A DNA stretch of 63,853 bases, filler included, from Globobulimina sp. (GCA_003354225.1; 30 parts of 30 records of this genome joined end to end with filler, not necessarily neighbours in it); one strand, 5' to 3'. Numbered from the whole stretch's first letter, positions 36,371-48,938 are shown. Translations and numbers: made by a program. The notes: generated from the letters alone by a model not told the origin.

Positions 36371-37321
36371 TCAAAATTTTGTAGCAAGTCTGCACCAAAT
36401 TGGATAATGATCTGATTCTCCAATTTGTATCATATCGGAATGTATTAATACAAAGTCGTTTGGTGAATAATATATATGATCAAATAATTTCGGTGCGCAA
36501 CAACACATAAAATGACAACAACCTCTCCATGAATATGGTTCATGTCTGCAACAGAACAAATAATTATGCTTTTTCTTATTATTCCATATTGATTTTAATC
36601 CAAATTCATTTTGTAACAATGTATGACAATCTCCATCCATACAATTAAAATCACCAATAATGACTGTTTTCATTTTATTATTATAATATTCACCATTTAA
36701 ACAGTGTCTTATTTCTTTTGCACGTATTTCATTCCGTGAGTCTCCGCAACATTCAAATGTACAGTCGCAACAATGATAACATGTACAAGGTAGCAAACAA
36801 CATATACATTGATGCAAATTGTTTGGCGGAAATGGAGCAATTAAATGGATTGAATAAATCTGTAATAGCGTCGCTTCATTGTTGTGCATGTCAACATTCT
36901 TATTTTCATTTTGTGAGTTATCAACAATATCCAATGTAAATCTATGTGCACTATACCACCATTTGTGAAATCTTTTAATTACATCCAATGATTTGATCTC
37001 ATAATTTGTTAACAAAATAGTGCCGCCTTCACCATATCTATCATTTACACATTTGATATACCGCCATTTTGATGCAATTCTTGTATTATTTGTTACAACG
37101 CGTTGCCAATTTTTATTTGTTTCTTGAAGGATCAAAATATCAGCTTTTATTTTACAAATTGCGTCAATGGTTGCTTGGCGATTAAACCCTTTAAAGTATA
37201 CATTGTAACATACAAAATCAATTTCATTTTCTTCTATATTGCACCTATCAATTTTTTTTTCAAAAGGGAGCAATGTTGCTGTTTCTTTTTGTAAATGACG
37301 TTTAGAGCTACCAGTTCCCAT
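36371..37321 (-). CDS. Endonuclease/exonuclease/phosphatase (EEP) family protein, likely myristoylated, Cys-rich
   Basis: YNV, DILILQET, IIGDFN, FDHIYYS, SDHYP; N-terminus MGTGSS. Confidence 0.9.
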   Translation of the reverse strand: MGTGSSKRHLQKETATLLPFEKKIDRCNIEENEIDFVCYNVYFKGFNRQATIDAICKIKADILILQETNKNWQRVVTNNTRIASKWRYIKCVNDRYGEGGTILLTNYEIKSLDVIKRFHKWWYSAHRFTLDIVDNSQNENKNVDMHNNEATLLQIYSIHLIAPFPPNNLHQCICCLLPCTCYHCCDCTFECCGDSRNEIRAKEIRHCLNGEYYNNKMKTVIIGDFNCMDGDCHTLLQNEFGLKSIWNNKKKHNYLFCCRHEPYSWRGCCHFMCCCAPKLFDHIYYSPNDFVLIHSDMIQIGESDHYPIWCRLATKF

Positions 37322-37375
37322 TTATATTGTCCCTGATCCAAAAACTTGCACAGTAAAAACTGTCCAGTCCTCAAC

Positions 37376-38283
37376 ATGCACTCACCGCAACCTCCTCGGT
37401 ACGAATCATATCATCATTCCACTGTCTATTCCTGCATACATTGCATGGAAATTGCACAAGTCAAGTCATTGAAAAACAGCAATCCACCAAGTCGCAGAGA
37501 GACCGCCATGAATGAATTGAATGACTTAATAATGTCGTATTACATAAATTGTTTGCCCTCCAACCAAGACGCGAGTGCAATAAAACAACTCTATGAGTTC
37601 ACAATTGAGTGCATGGAAGAGATATTATCGTACGAAGAGTACAAAATGCATGCTCCAAATACAGAGTTGGCGATAATATTCGGCAGTATTGGCTTTGACC
37701 TACAATCCAAATATTCAGACATCGACATTGCTGTAAATATACCTCAATTCACAAACACATTGATTCATTCTAATCAAATTCAAAAAGAACAATCGAAATA
37801 TGCGAGGAAGTTGTTATCGGAGCTCGCACAGATAATGACGCGAAAATATGTAATAAAACATGGTTCAAACTTAAATGTTTAGTGCAAGGATGACATATTA
37901 ATAAAATAAAATAAATTCTCAGCAAATAACAAACACTAAAACAGGTAGAAAAAGTGTTGCATGCCAAGGTGCCGATAATTAAGATCAACGACACCGACTC
38001 CAACAGTGAGAGTGACATTTCTTTGGCAAATTTTTACACCAAACCAAGCCTTAAATTGATGAGAAAGTTTACGTGTTTTGAGGATCATAGAATTAAACCA
38101 TTTGTAATGTTTATAAAGTTAAAAACTACCAAAAAGTATATTTTGTTAATAATTGCAAGTATTTTTTTTGCAAAATAGAATGTGGAGTAAACAGCGTGGG
38201 ATAAATAATGCATTTGGTGGCTATTTGAATTCTTTTGGTTTTACTTTATTAGCAATTAAATATTTACAATACGTGACACCGTC
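37376..38283 (+). CDS. Terminal uridylyltransferase / non-canonical poly(A) polymerase (Cid1/GLD-2 type); introns about 37877-37944 and 38118-38178; 3' truncated
   Basis: FGS..SDIDIAV, AKVPIIK..DIS, IK.WSKQRGINNA..GYLNSF..LL.I.YLQ. Confidence 0.9.
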
Positions 38284-38383
38284 NNNNNNNNNNNNNNNNN
38301 NNNNNNNNNNNNNNNNNNNNNNNNNNNTTAATTAATTAANNNNNNNNNNNNNNNNNNNNNNNNNNNNNNNNNNNNNNNNNNNN

Positions 38384-38761
38384 CATGCATAGACTCGAAA
38401 AGGTGACTGTTGACAAAACGTGTTAGAATTATTTACCTTATATTGCCATGAGTATGAAACCACAGTCCACAATTAATTGACCCTGTGCTCCTTCAAAGGG
38501 TACTTCCATCCAAGAGCCAGGCTCAGATAAAGGTTGTTGAACGAGAGCGTATCGCGTTGCATAATACGTCAACATGGCTGTTTTTATAGAATTGGCAATA
38601 ACATTTCTGGCCTGTTGTCCGGGTGCGGTATTTGAAACCATTTCTGCAGTGATCGAAGTGTTGGCAAATTCAAATTCAATGATCCAATCATAACAAACTA
38701 AAGAAGATGAATTAGTACCCAACATTGCAAGAAATGAAAATAAAAATAATAATTTCCTCAT
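38384..38761 (-). CDS. Secreted hypothetical protein, 3' truncated
   Basis: Signal peptide MRKLLFLFSFLAMLG. Confidence 0.5.
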
Positions 38762-39003
38762 GATTTCTTTTTGTTTGTGTTCTTGATATATTGTAATTAG
38801 TTTTGGTTAGGTACTGCTTTGGATATTAATTTTTTACTGGAAACGCAACCATGATTGGTGACTGAGTCATTTTTAGGATATCTTGTGCGTTGCTTCAGAA
38901 AATGTATTTTGAGTTTGGACTAGTTATTCAAATCGGAATTAAATGTAAAAAGTAATGGCATTTTATAAATTTCAAACACTAATTAAATTTTTACAACTCA
39001 ATC

Positions 39004-39695
39004 TTATCCCCATTTAAATCCAGCAGCAAACCCAGCAATAAAGCCAGATCCAGCAAATACAGACTGTTGCAAAATGGCCATATATTTTCCTTTCAATATT
39101 GCGATATCTTTCGCATCAAATTTTCCATCGTCATTTTGGTCCACTGCCTTTATCACATCACTTTCAACTCTCATCCAATTAATTGTTATGTATCCGCTAT
39201 ATTGCAATGCCTATGTTACAATATCACCAATGCCAAAGAATGTGTGTATGTACAAATTAACGCAACTTGTAATGCAACAAAGCTTAGACCAATTAACGTA
39301 GCAGCAGCTTTTGTTACTTTCTTGGAGGCCACACCAGCGCACGCACCCATACATACACCTTTTGTTTATAAGTTTTATTCTGGAAAACAACTCAGCAAAT
39401 AAATATTTTCCATACCGAATGTAATTGGTCCTGCTGCTGATTTCAATGACAATGAGCTTGTATTAGCTTTGTTTGGTTCTGACATTGTTTGTTGTTCTGA
39501 GGTATTTTCTTTGTTGTTTGTGGTTGAGTCGATTGCTGATCCTGCGGCGAATAATCTAATTTAATACGTTTTTGGTTAATTTATTAATAGTATAAATTTA
39601 TTGATAATGATCATGTAATGGGTGTACATAATTAAACTAAACGTAAGGTGTCTTGGTTTAATGTGTTGTTGAAGTCTTGCAAACAATCTAGACAT
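39004..39695 (-). CDS. FUN14-family mitochondrial outer-membrane protein, multi-exon
   Basis: GVCMGACAGVASKKVTKAAA.LIG, LQYSGYITINW, DQNDDGKFD.KD, GFIAGFAAGF; first exon MSRLFARLQQHIKPR. Confidence 0.8.
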
Positions 39696-40038
39696 GCAGA
39701 TAAGTCAACGATGAGTAGCTAAGTTGAGAAAAATCTTATTTGATTACAAAACAATCGGAATGAATTCCAATCATTGCCATTAATAAAAGCAATGACTCAT
39801 TTCAAAGTTCAAACACATTGATCGCCAACAAAATACAATTAATCAATTGCAACATGAATAAGCTCAACAAAAATAACCAAACAGTGGCATGCCCCGATGA
39901 TATATAATAGAGATTTTTATATCATTTCTCACAAATCTTTCATCATAATCCATAATCATAAATTCTTTATTTTATACAACAACCAACTCATAATTATCAA
40001 TTTTGTTTCAAGTTTTATATTAATACTATCTTTTCATT

Positions 40039-40414
40039 ATGGTCGCTTCTATCACTTTATTATTATTATTAGCAATGATTAAAATTGTTTGTATTGAGTC
40101 TGTTGACAATCACATTCATTCTGTGCCTCCCGGTCGACTTCGATCTTACACGACTGCACAATTAAGTAAATACAAAATAACATTAAGTTGGAGACATCAC
40201 ACTGACATTGAAATTTCAAATGGTATGCAGAGCGCTAAAAAAATGGCAAATGTCAATGAAGCTGGAAAATATGCAGTATGTGTTCAAGCAGTAGTGGATG
40301 GTTCATGGGGATGCACCGAATGGATTTACAGCAATGGCGTTGATGTGACTTCTTCGACAAGCAGTAATACCAAGCATCATATTATGAGAGTTATCGGAAT
40401 TACAACGAACGGCG
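40039..40414 (+). CDS. Secreted hypothetical protein, 3' truncated
   Basis: Signal peptide MVASITLLLLLAM; frame open to the contig end. Confidence 0.5.
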
Positions 40415-40514
40415 NNNNNNNNNNNNNNNNNNNNNNNNNNNNNNNNNNNNNNNNNNNNTTAATTAATTAANNNNNNNNNNNNNNNNNNNNNNNNNNNNNN
40501 NNNNNNNNNNNNNN

Positions 40515-41753
40515 TCCTTAGCAGTCGGCCAATCATTGTAACCTTCTTCGTTCATATTCCAACCAAACCAATATTTTAATTCAGCAACAGGTGCTAATTT
40601 CAAATTATTTTCAAATCTATAAACTAAATCCGGATTTGACATATAATCTCTACCAAAAGCAATTAAATCACCATGACCGGACGCTATGGCTTTCTCTGCG
40701 CTCTCCTTTGTATATCCGACATTGCCCATTAATGCCGTATACACCGTATTTTTGTCATTCTTATCCTTATTTCTATTTATATCATCAATTATATCTTTGC
40801 CCATTTTCAATGTAAATGGCTTCGTTAAATTATGAAACGGCAGAAACTGAGTAAATGTGAGTCCATCCATCAAATGTATATATCCAATATTTTTATATGT
40901 CAACCATTCAATAGCTTTACTAAATAATTCAATATTATCAGCGCATCCCATACCACCATAGGTTCCATTTGGTGATATTCTAATGCCGATGCGATAATTC
41001 TCGATCCCTTTACTTAATAATTTATTAATAATTTGCTTCATAAACAACAATCGTTTCTCAATGGTACCACCATACTCATCGTTTCTTTTATTGCATATCG
41101 ATTGAAGAAATTGATCGATTAAATATCCGTTGGCACCATGGACTTCAATCAAATCGAAGCCAGCTTTGATTGCATTTACTGCTGCATTGCCATAGTCATT
41201 TATAATTTGATTAATTTCGTTTTTGTCTAATTCTTTTGGTGTTTGGTGTGGTTTTTTGATGCCTTTATTTGTGGTGACATTACCTTTTAAGCCAATAGAT
41301 GATGAGGAGACAATTTGTTGTCCAGTTACGTCGGAATGTGCTTGCCGTCCCTGATGCCATAGTTGGAGGGCAATAATACCATTTAGTTTATGTACTGCAT
41401 CAACAATTTTTCTCCATTCTATCACTTGTTCCTCATTCCAAATGCCTATATGCCAAAGAAAGTTATGTTTAGTTGAGATAAATGATGCAATTATTTACAC
41501 AAATTGCCACTATATATATAAAATAGTAAATACCAGGAGCTCGATACCACCCCGTTCCCTGAGGGCTGATACCCGCCGCTTCAGCGATCAATAACCCAGC
41601 ATCTGCTCGTTGTACATAATGTGTTTGCATAATCTGTGTTGGTATATGTTTTTCCGTGGCACGACCGCGTGTAAGCGGAGCTAATACAATACGATTGCGC
41701 AACACAAATGGTCCCAATTTGAAGGGAGTGAATAATATTGAGGAGGATGCCAT
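40515..41753 (-). CDS. Old Yellow Enzyme / NADH:flavin oxidoreductase; intron 41446-41533
   Basis: LRNRIVLAPLTRGRA, QLWHQGR, EVHGANGYLIDQFL, RNDEYGG, FGRDYMSNPDL. Confidence 0.95.
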
Positions 41754-41822
41754 TCAAGTTCAAAAGTAAGCGCTTTTTGATTATTTGTATTTTGTTGAGT
41801 GAAGTTGAGTAAATAATTAAGC

Positions 41823-42230
41823 ATGTCAACAAGACCAGGAACAAGTTTATTCGATTTAAAATCTAAAATCCGACGTAATCCGCAAGCCTACAAAAATGAT
41901 GTATTACGGCAAATAAATCATTGGGAGTCAATATTATCATTATTACGAATTAGCAACAAAGCAAACACAACTCGTTCCCGCACAAAAGACTTACAAGCTT
42001 TAATTGATTTTTTATCCGCAATTGTCGACAAATATCCATCCGAACAGCGATGCATTACACTGTTCCCAGCAGATTTATTCAATTTACTCGATGAACATCA
42101 CGAAACTTTAAATGTAATCATCAAAAAATGCATCATTAAAAACTTAGTCGTCCTACAAAACAAATCATTGCTCGACACCACCAAATTATTATCCCTATTT
42201 TTCAGATTGTTATCATTAAACAGCAAAATA
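41823..42230 (+). CDS. SDA1: SDA1 (60S biogenesis) N-terminus, cut off by a chimeric junction
   Basis: LKSKIRRNPQAY..Q..H..LIDFL..YP..FP..L..LL..H..LLSLFFRLL. Confidence 0.7.
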
Positions 42231-42544
42231 CCTGTTTGTCCATTAAATACATAGCTCTTTATATTCATTAGTTTGTAACGAATTTCGGTATTCTGATAAA
42301 ATGAATGATCTCCTGCAAAACGATTGCTCCTAAATCCTCTGAGATTCGTTCTTCCACCTATAAAATTAGCATGGTAAAATTCATAATCCCCAATATTTGT
42401 AGCCCCTCCAAAACGGAATGCAAATATTACTCTGGGATCTTTCCTGAAACTGAGATAGAAACTTAAATCCGAGTGAATCTTTATGAAATTTCTCCCTTTT
42501 TCTCTTACACTGTAGTACCCACCAGCCTCTGTCTCCCAAAAAAT
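42212..42544 (-). CDS. Bacterial (Bacteroidota-like) BamA/TamA Omp85 beta-barrel fragment (not in the ORF track)
   Basis: 111 open codons ..GDYEFYHANFIGGRTNLRGFRSNRFAGDHSFYQNTEIRYKL.. Confidence 0.75.
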
Positions 42545-42645
42545 TNNNNNNNNNNNNNNNNNNNNNNNNNNNNNNNNNNNNNNNNNNNNTTAATTAATTA
42601 ANNNNNNNNNNNNNNNNNNNNNNNNNNNNNNNNNNNNNNNNNNNN

Positions 42646-42992
42646 AAATTGGTTTAATTGAAACAAAAGAATGGAAAAGAAATGAAATTAAAATACATAT
42701 TAATATCAATTGTAATAAAAAGGTTAGGCTAAATGATTGTGTATCAAATATTGGAAAAATTATTCATTGGTTGGATTATTCCGAAATTAATGATTTTATG
42801 TTTATATTGACATTAAAAGGTCTGAATGCTACAATCGATAAAAATATTTTATTAAAAGAATTACAATCAAAAGCAAACTATTTATCACTGAATGTAAAAG
42901 TTAGCAGATTAAAAAATGAGTTTGTAGTCACAAATATTGATTGCAAAATTAATGGATTTAAGGAATCATTTATAATGCAGACATATTATTGA
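42646..42992 (+). CDS. 3' fragment of a hypothetical protein
   Basis: Open frame from near the contig start to TGA 42990-92. Confidence 0.4.
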
Positions 42993-43186
42993 CATCTGGT
43001 AGGTATCATACACTTTAATTGTTTCTCGGACTGTTCAATGTGTTTTTTGTTGCGAAAATTCTTGAATCATAAGCACAAAAATCAACAAATACGCAAAAAT
43101 AATCTGACGTGCAAAATAATAACAAGTTACAATAACCAAACAATTCAATTGACAAAAACACAAAAATAATACATGCGATCTCAAAA

Positions 43187-44280
43187 TCAGTCTAAAACAT
43201 AATCAACAACTTTTTGTCTCGTATTGCTTTGTTGTTGAACATCATCCATTGTAAATGTAGGAAATGCTTTATTTCCCTCTTCATATTGCAACCAATTATC
43301 GGCTGCCCACTGATATTCCCCATCCACACAATGTACCATTAATGCGTGTCTCGCGTCCTCTGAATAATTGGCATCACTCCAATGGACCACCTCGCCGTGC
43401 AATATCACCACATCTCCACATTTGGCCTCCACCGCAATGCCTCCCTCTTTCGATAAGCCTCCATCACCAATTAACGGCACTAATTCAGTCGCATTGTTAT
43501 CATGCTCTCTTCGTTTAAACCTATTTTTTAATCCAATAGTATGTGACTTGGGTACGACCCACGGACAGCCATTCGCTGCAGTCGTGTCATCGATGCATAG
43601 CCAAAAACCATGACACGACGCAGTAGGTTCCGTGAATAAAAAGCTCGAATCCTGATGGATGCCTACCTCGCCACCAATGCCTGCTTGCTTGAAGATGTAC
43701 ATACATTGGATTGGAATCGGCCGCAACATACCAACATCGTATGTTAATTGCGGTAAATATCCATATACATACCTTGTTTTTGTAGGTAATGTATGTAATG
43801 TCAAACATATATTTAAGGTGGGAAACGTAACGAATGTATGATGGGATCAAGTGTATGCAGTGCGTGACCTATCTTATTTATGGCAAGTTTAGCTGGACGC
43901 GTTAGAGTACCATGCGTATCAAAGGCACGTTCTTCCCAAAAATATGCAATTTTATCACCGCTTTCTAAAAAATATTGGTCTGTGTATTGGGTTTCAGTGC
44001 GATGTGTGGTGAAAATGGATTTAGTTGTTTGTGGGTCAAAATTATCCAATAAATAATCAATTCGATTCTTGCAATTCTGGGCAACTTTGCGAGGGATAAA
44101 ATCTTTCAGCCATAAATAACCATTTTCTGATAAAAATGCTTTTTGTTCTTCATTTAATGCGTATGCTGATTTAGTCACGTTTTGCGTTGAAAAAAATGAT
44201 TGTTGACACATATAATTAATTTTACTCAATTTATTGAACGGCGAAAGCCGATTTACTATATTGCTATGATTAAGTTTCAT
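43187..44280 (-). CDS. PHYHD1: Phytanoyl-CoA dioxygenase domain protein (PHYHD1-like), one intron
   Basis: YFLESGDKI.YFWEE.AF, INKIGHALH.LDP, MYIFKQ.GIGGEV..HQD.SFL.TEP, HG.VVH.S.AN.S..RHA. Confidence 0.9.
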
Positions 44281-44842
44281 TTTGTTTAATTTTCTTTTAT
44301 TTTACAATAGTTTGATGTTTTGAATATTTTGTTAATTATGAAAGTGCGCTAATTATCACGAACCCACTGTATAGATCGAATATAAACAACAAACAATAAC
44401 ACAAAAATCAAACGATCTACAAAAAAAAATGCATGGGTATGGTACATGATATGAAGCGAAGAAAAGATTTTCAAAGAGTTTCATCAAACATTGCAACACT
44501 TTTCTCGTATTTTCGTCCAGTCTTTTTGGTAAGTTTTGCGTTAGCTTTGTCTGGTGAGTAGATCACGCAACAAACACGAAACCAACAACACCGCCCTACC
44601 CATACTAACAAGCCCTTTACCAAAATGATGTGTGATCAAAAATCTCATCACCAGACATTGCAGACAATATATTCTCNNNNNNNNNNNNNNNNNNNNNNNN
44701 NNNNNNNNNNNNNNNNNNNNTTAATTAATTAANNNNNNNNNNNNNNNNNNNNNNNNNNNNNNNNNNNNNNNNNNNNTGCTGAAGATGCAAGATACAGTTC
44801 TTAGTTCTTAGTGTAGAAAAACCAAAAACCAAAAACCCACCT

Positions 44843-45844
44843 ATGCCCATCGACCATCCAGAGTTTCATCCAGGATATGCTGCCTTGATATTGGTGTTTT
44901 TAGCAGCATGCGCCTCTTTATTTAAACCAAAAGATGATTATGCGCCATTAAAATTGAATCAATTTACTCATTATTCTGCAAAACATGAAAAATGGAAGAA
45001 TCGTGGACAATTTTGTTTAGCGCGAGTACAATATTGGACAATACGATTTATATTTTATTATGCGATCCCTCATGTTGCCATCGGCTTATATTTATTGACA
45101 ATTGCGTTATCGATTGGGATTTCTGTATCTCGGGTAAACAGAGAGTTGCATTCAAATTTATCCATATTACAAAATGATGCAATGTTTTGTGACGATGTGG
45201 ATCCGCAATTAACCATTGATCTAAATCGTATTGCACAAGACACACAAAATTGGAGTGATCAATTGACCTGGTTACTAATTGCCTATTTCTTTCACGTTTA
45301 GTGCATATTTTATATAATATCCACATATTATATTATATTAAATATATAGAAAATGTTTGGAGCGACATTATTAGTGAATGGTGGAGGAAGTGTAATGATT
45401 GGAGCAGTTGTGTTTGATCCATGGTTATTAATAAGCACTTTTTGGGGAACAAATATAGAAAATGGTATATTATTAACACTTGACAGTAAATCAATGAATG
45501 AATGTTTAACAAAGTGGGATAATAATCATTCTATGTTTAATGCATTGGAATCAATTATTTACGGTGTAAATAGTTGCAACATATGTTTATGGGCAATGGT
45601 TGCAATGTCACTATCTGTTGGATTGGCAATTGATATCATTTGCACATTTCTGCGTGAATTTGAATATTGTTTGAAAAAAGATTTAACCGAAGATGATGCA
45701 GTTTGGAACAAAATGAATGTTATCGAAAATGTTGTTGACGCTCTTGATGAGGTCGTCGAAGAAGCATTGGAAAATTACGGAATAAAAGACGGCGAAAAAG
45801 GAAGCGCCACAAACGACATTCAGCTCGAAATTAATACCAAATGA
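44843..45844 (+). CDS. Multi-pass membrane protein, two exons (intron about 45296-45349)
   Basis: Several hydrophobic helices in consecutive ORFs separated by a GT-AG gap. Confidence 0.65.
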
Positions 45845-45910
45845 ATGATTCTTTATCGATCCTTGCACAAGTAACAAGTAACAAGTTACATAAATTGTTT
45901 TTGTTTGTAT

Positions 45911-46531
45911 TTATTTATCATCATTTCCTTCATTTTTTGTTGCATTATCAACATCTTCCTGCTCAATACCAAACAATTGATTCAATTCACCGTTTTTGAA
46001 CATATCAACAACAATGTCATGACCACCAATTAATTCTCCTTTATAATATAATTGAGGAAATGTGGGCCAATCACTGTGAGAATTAATAGTGTTAGAAGAG
46101 GCAGATATAAATCAAATCAAATACTAGTACCTGTATTCTTTAATAGCTTGCCGTAATGCAGGGTGTGATAGAACATCTCTTGTATTATATTCAACTTCTA
46201 AATATTCAAGCATTGCGATTAAGTTTTTTGAAAATCCACATTGTGGCATTTGTGGTGTTCCTTTTATGAATACAAATACTTGATTATTTGTCACATCATC
46301 TTCAATTTGTTGTTTAACTAACTTAATATCTCCTGTTTTATATGATGTTTGAAAATCTGGATGAATGCCACCTGATCCTGTACCATCTGAGCAATACCGT
46401 TTGGTATGATTTATTTTAGAAAATCTATGCAATGATATCGAACTAAAAGTTCGTGTATGATAATTTACATTGTGTTTAATGAAAAATAATAATGCGGGAG
46501 CATAGCGTTTTGCTACTTGGAAATAAGACAT
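45911..46531 (-). CDS. GLRX5: Mitochondrial monothiol glutaredoxin; intron 46074-46130
   Basis: KGTPQMPQCGFS, KEYS/DWPTFPQLYIKGELIGG; presequence-like N-terminus. Confidence 0.95.
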
Positions 46532-46588
46532 GTTGAGATGATTACTTTATTTTTGTAGCTGCCTCAACTAAGTCAACTTGGGTTTAAA

Positions 46589-46807
46589 ATGTCAATTTCC
46601 AAAAGCAAATTAGCTGCTGAAGAAAAGGAATTTTGGTGCAATTGGAAACAATATATCACAAAATCTAATGACGAAATTGAAAAAGACTTACTATCATTAA
46701 AAAAACAGCATAAATCATTTATGTTTATTTATGAATATTTGCAAAAAGAGTTTGCAATTCCAATTAAATTATCAAATACAATTATTTTATATTTGCCAAT
46801 AAAAAAG
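46589..46807 (+). CDS. Hypothetical protein, 5' fragment
   Basis: Open from ATG to the contig end. Confidence 0.5.
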
Positions 46808-46907
46808 NNNNNNNNNNNNNNNNNNNNNNNNNNNNNNNNNNNNNNNNNNNNTTAATTAATTAANNNNNNNNNNNNNNNNNNNNNNNNNNNNNNNNNNNNN
46901 NNNNNNN

Positions 46908-48550
46908 TTGATTCTGTCGATAGCGTTTCTGTTGCCATCCCGCTTGCGATTGGAGGGGTGGTGGCGGTGCATACCGCTATGTATTCCAGCACCAAAGTCC
47001 TTATTTATTCTTTTCTTCAATTTCTTGTTGTTTTTATTGTTTTTGTCTGTCTGTTGCATGGAATTAAAGTCGTTATAACTTATTCGTTTTGCATTATTTT
47101 TATATTGCTTTTTATTTATTTTATTGTCCGGTGTGATGCTCGTGTTCGTAGGCATTTGTTTAAAGCCATTAAAACTGACATTTCTGTTTTGTTTTAACGC
47201 CTTCATATTGGGCTGAGACTGGTACATATTTCGATGTGCCCAGAACTCGCTGAGTGGGTTCGGATTATTTGGGTTGAATTGGAATTGGATGTGGTTGTAA
47301 TCCCGTTCATTGTTACTATTTTCCGGCGTGACCGGCGAGATACTTTGCTCAATGCTGGGCATTTTGAATGGATATGGCTTCATTGCAGCGGCAGGCGTTT
47401 TGCTTTGGCTTTGCTGTTTTTTTTTATGTGGCAGTTTCTGTTTTATTTCCTGGCACACTTCGTGCGATTGGGAGTGTGCAATGGTTGGCGCCATGCATTT
47501 CTCGGGCAACGCATCGATGGCAATGCTGTCTATGTCGATGGTAAATGGCGAAAGATCGCCGGGTGAGGAAGGCGTGTGATTTGCCGGTGTATTATTAGCA
47601 GATTTAATTTTGCTGCTCGTTGGACTTAAGATTGGCAATGGTTTGCTTGGCGGTAATGAGCCGACTCGCTGATGACTTATTTTTTGTATTTGTGGGATGT
47701 GGAACGGCGATTTAACGAATGCATTTTCATCGGGTGGCGGTGTGGACGTAGTGAACATAGAATGTGTGACAATATGTCGTTTGCCCGTGATTTTTTTCTT
47801 CATATTATTCAAGTGTTTGTCGTATGTTTTTGGTGAGATATTATGCGCAAATACTTGCTGAATGTGGTAGGAAACACTGTCATTTATGTCTATTTTGCTC
47901 GGTTTATTGTTGGCTTTATCAATGGGAATGGATGGCTGATGAATTTCCTCCACAATCTGTGCAATTTCATCCCTATCCAATGGCATAGCGTCGACGTCGG
48001 AATGTTCAGCGATATCTTCGTCGCTGCTGTCATGCCTTACCACTGTGTTGCGATGGTATGGCTCATCGTCATCGTTGATGACGGATTCCTTGATGTCTTT
48101 ATATTTATTGTGCATATCTGTGGAGTCGTGGATGATTACAGAGCCTTTATGATAGCCTTTGGGAGGCACTGACGATTCGTAATCGGTTTCGGTGGCATCC
48201 GGATTCTCATTGATTGTGTTGTCGTCACTCTCTACGGCTTCTATAGTGTCTATGTTGTCATATTCATCTGCTGCGGATAGGGTTAATTTCTTTGCTACTT
48301 TGTTGTGTTTTGGTATTGAATGGGACGACTCCTCGTCGCTGCTGTCTGTGCCTTCGTCGCTACTCAGCAATGCGTTCTTATCGTGGTTTATTGCACTTGT
48401 CTTTGGTTTTAGGCGTTTGTTAGTTGTGTAGGTATAACTATTGACAGAATAAGTGCGAGCTGGCTTAGACTGCGGCTGCGGCTTAGTTTGCGGTAAAGGT
48501 CTCGAGGGTGCCCGTCTTCGACTGACGAAACTTGATGACGCGGTCGGTCC
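46908..48550 (-). CDS. Long disordered Ser/Pro/Asn-rich hypothetical protein; 5' end probably replaced by foreign GC-rich DNA
   Basis: More than 540 open codons; composition shifts near 48550-48600. Confidence 0.65.
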
Positions 48551-48850
48551 AGTCGATCTCGCCAACCTGGAGGGGAGGGTCCGGCGAATCCAGTCAACAA
48601 GGCGGGGCGGTTTACCCAGCCAGCAAGGCGGGGGCGGCTTACCCAAACAACCAAAAAGCATCGGCTTAATTGAGTTTTATAGAGTGGCGCTCAGAAAATT
48701 TCGGAGGTTAGTTTCATCAATTTGCTGATTTTCAGCGAAACTCTGCTTTTGGTACACTTGTGACACGCTGCTAAATAGCAAAGACGAATCTTTCTCTCGC
48801 TTTGTTTGATCGTCACAGCGTGTTTATTCAATAAAACAGGAGACGTACCC

Positions 48851-48938
48851 ATGCCGACAGAACCCGATATTTTTAATGTCGATAATCAAGCCGAATACAT
48901 GAAACAACTCGGTACCGACTTTACCGAGGGCCTCAAGA
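48851..48938 (+). CDS. Bacterial-type gene start with Shine-Dalgarno (possibly a P-type ATPase N-terminus)
   Basis: AGGAG at 48838-42, 8 nt before ATG; MPTEPDIF..LGTDFTEGL. Confidence 0.4.
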
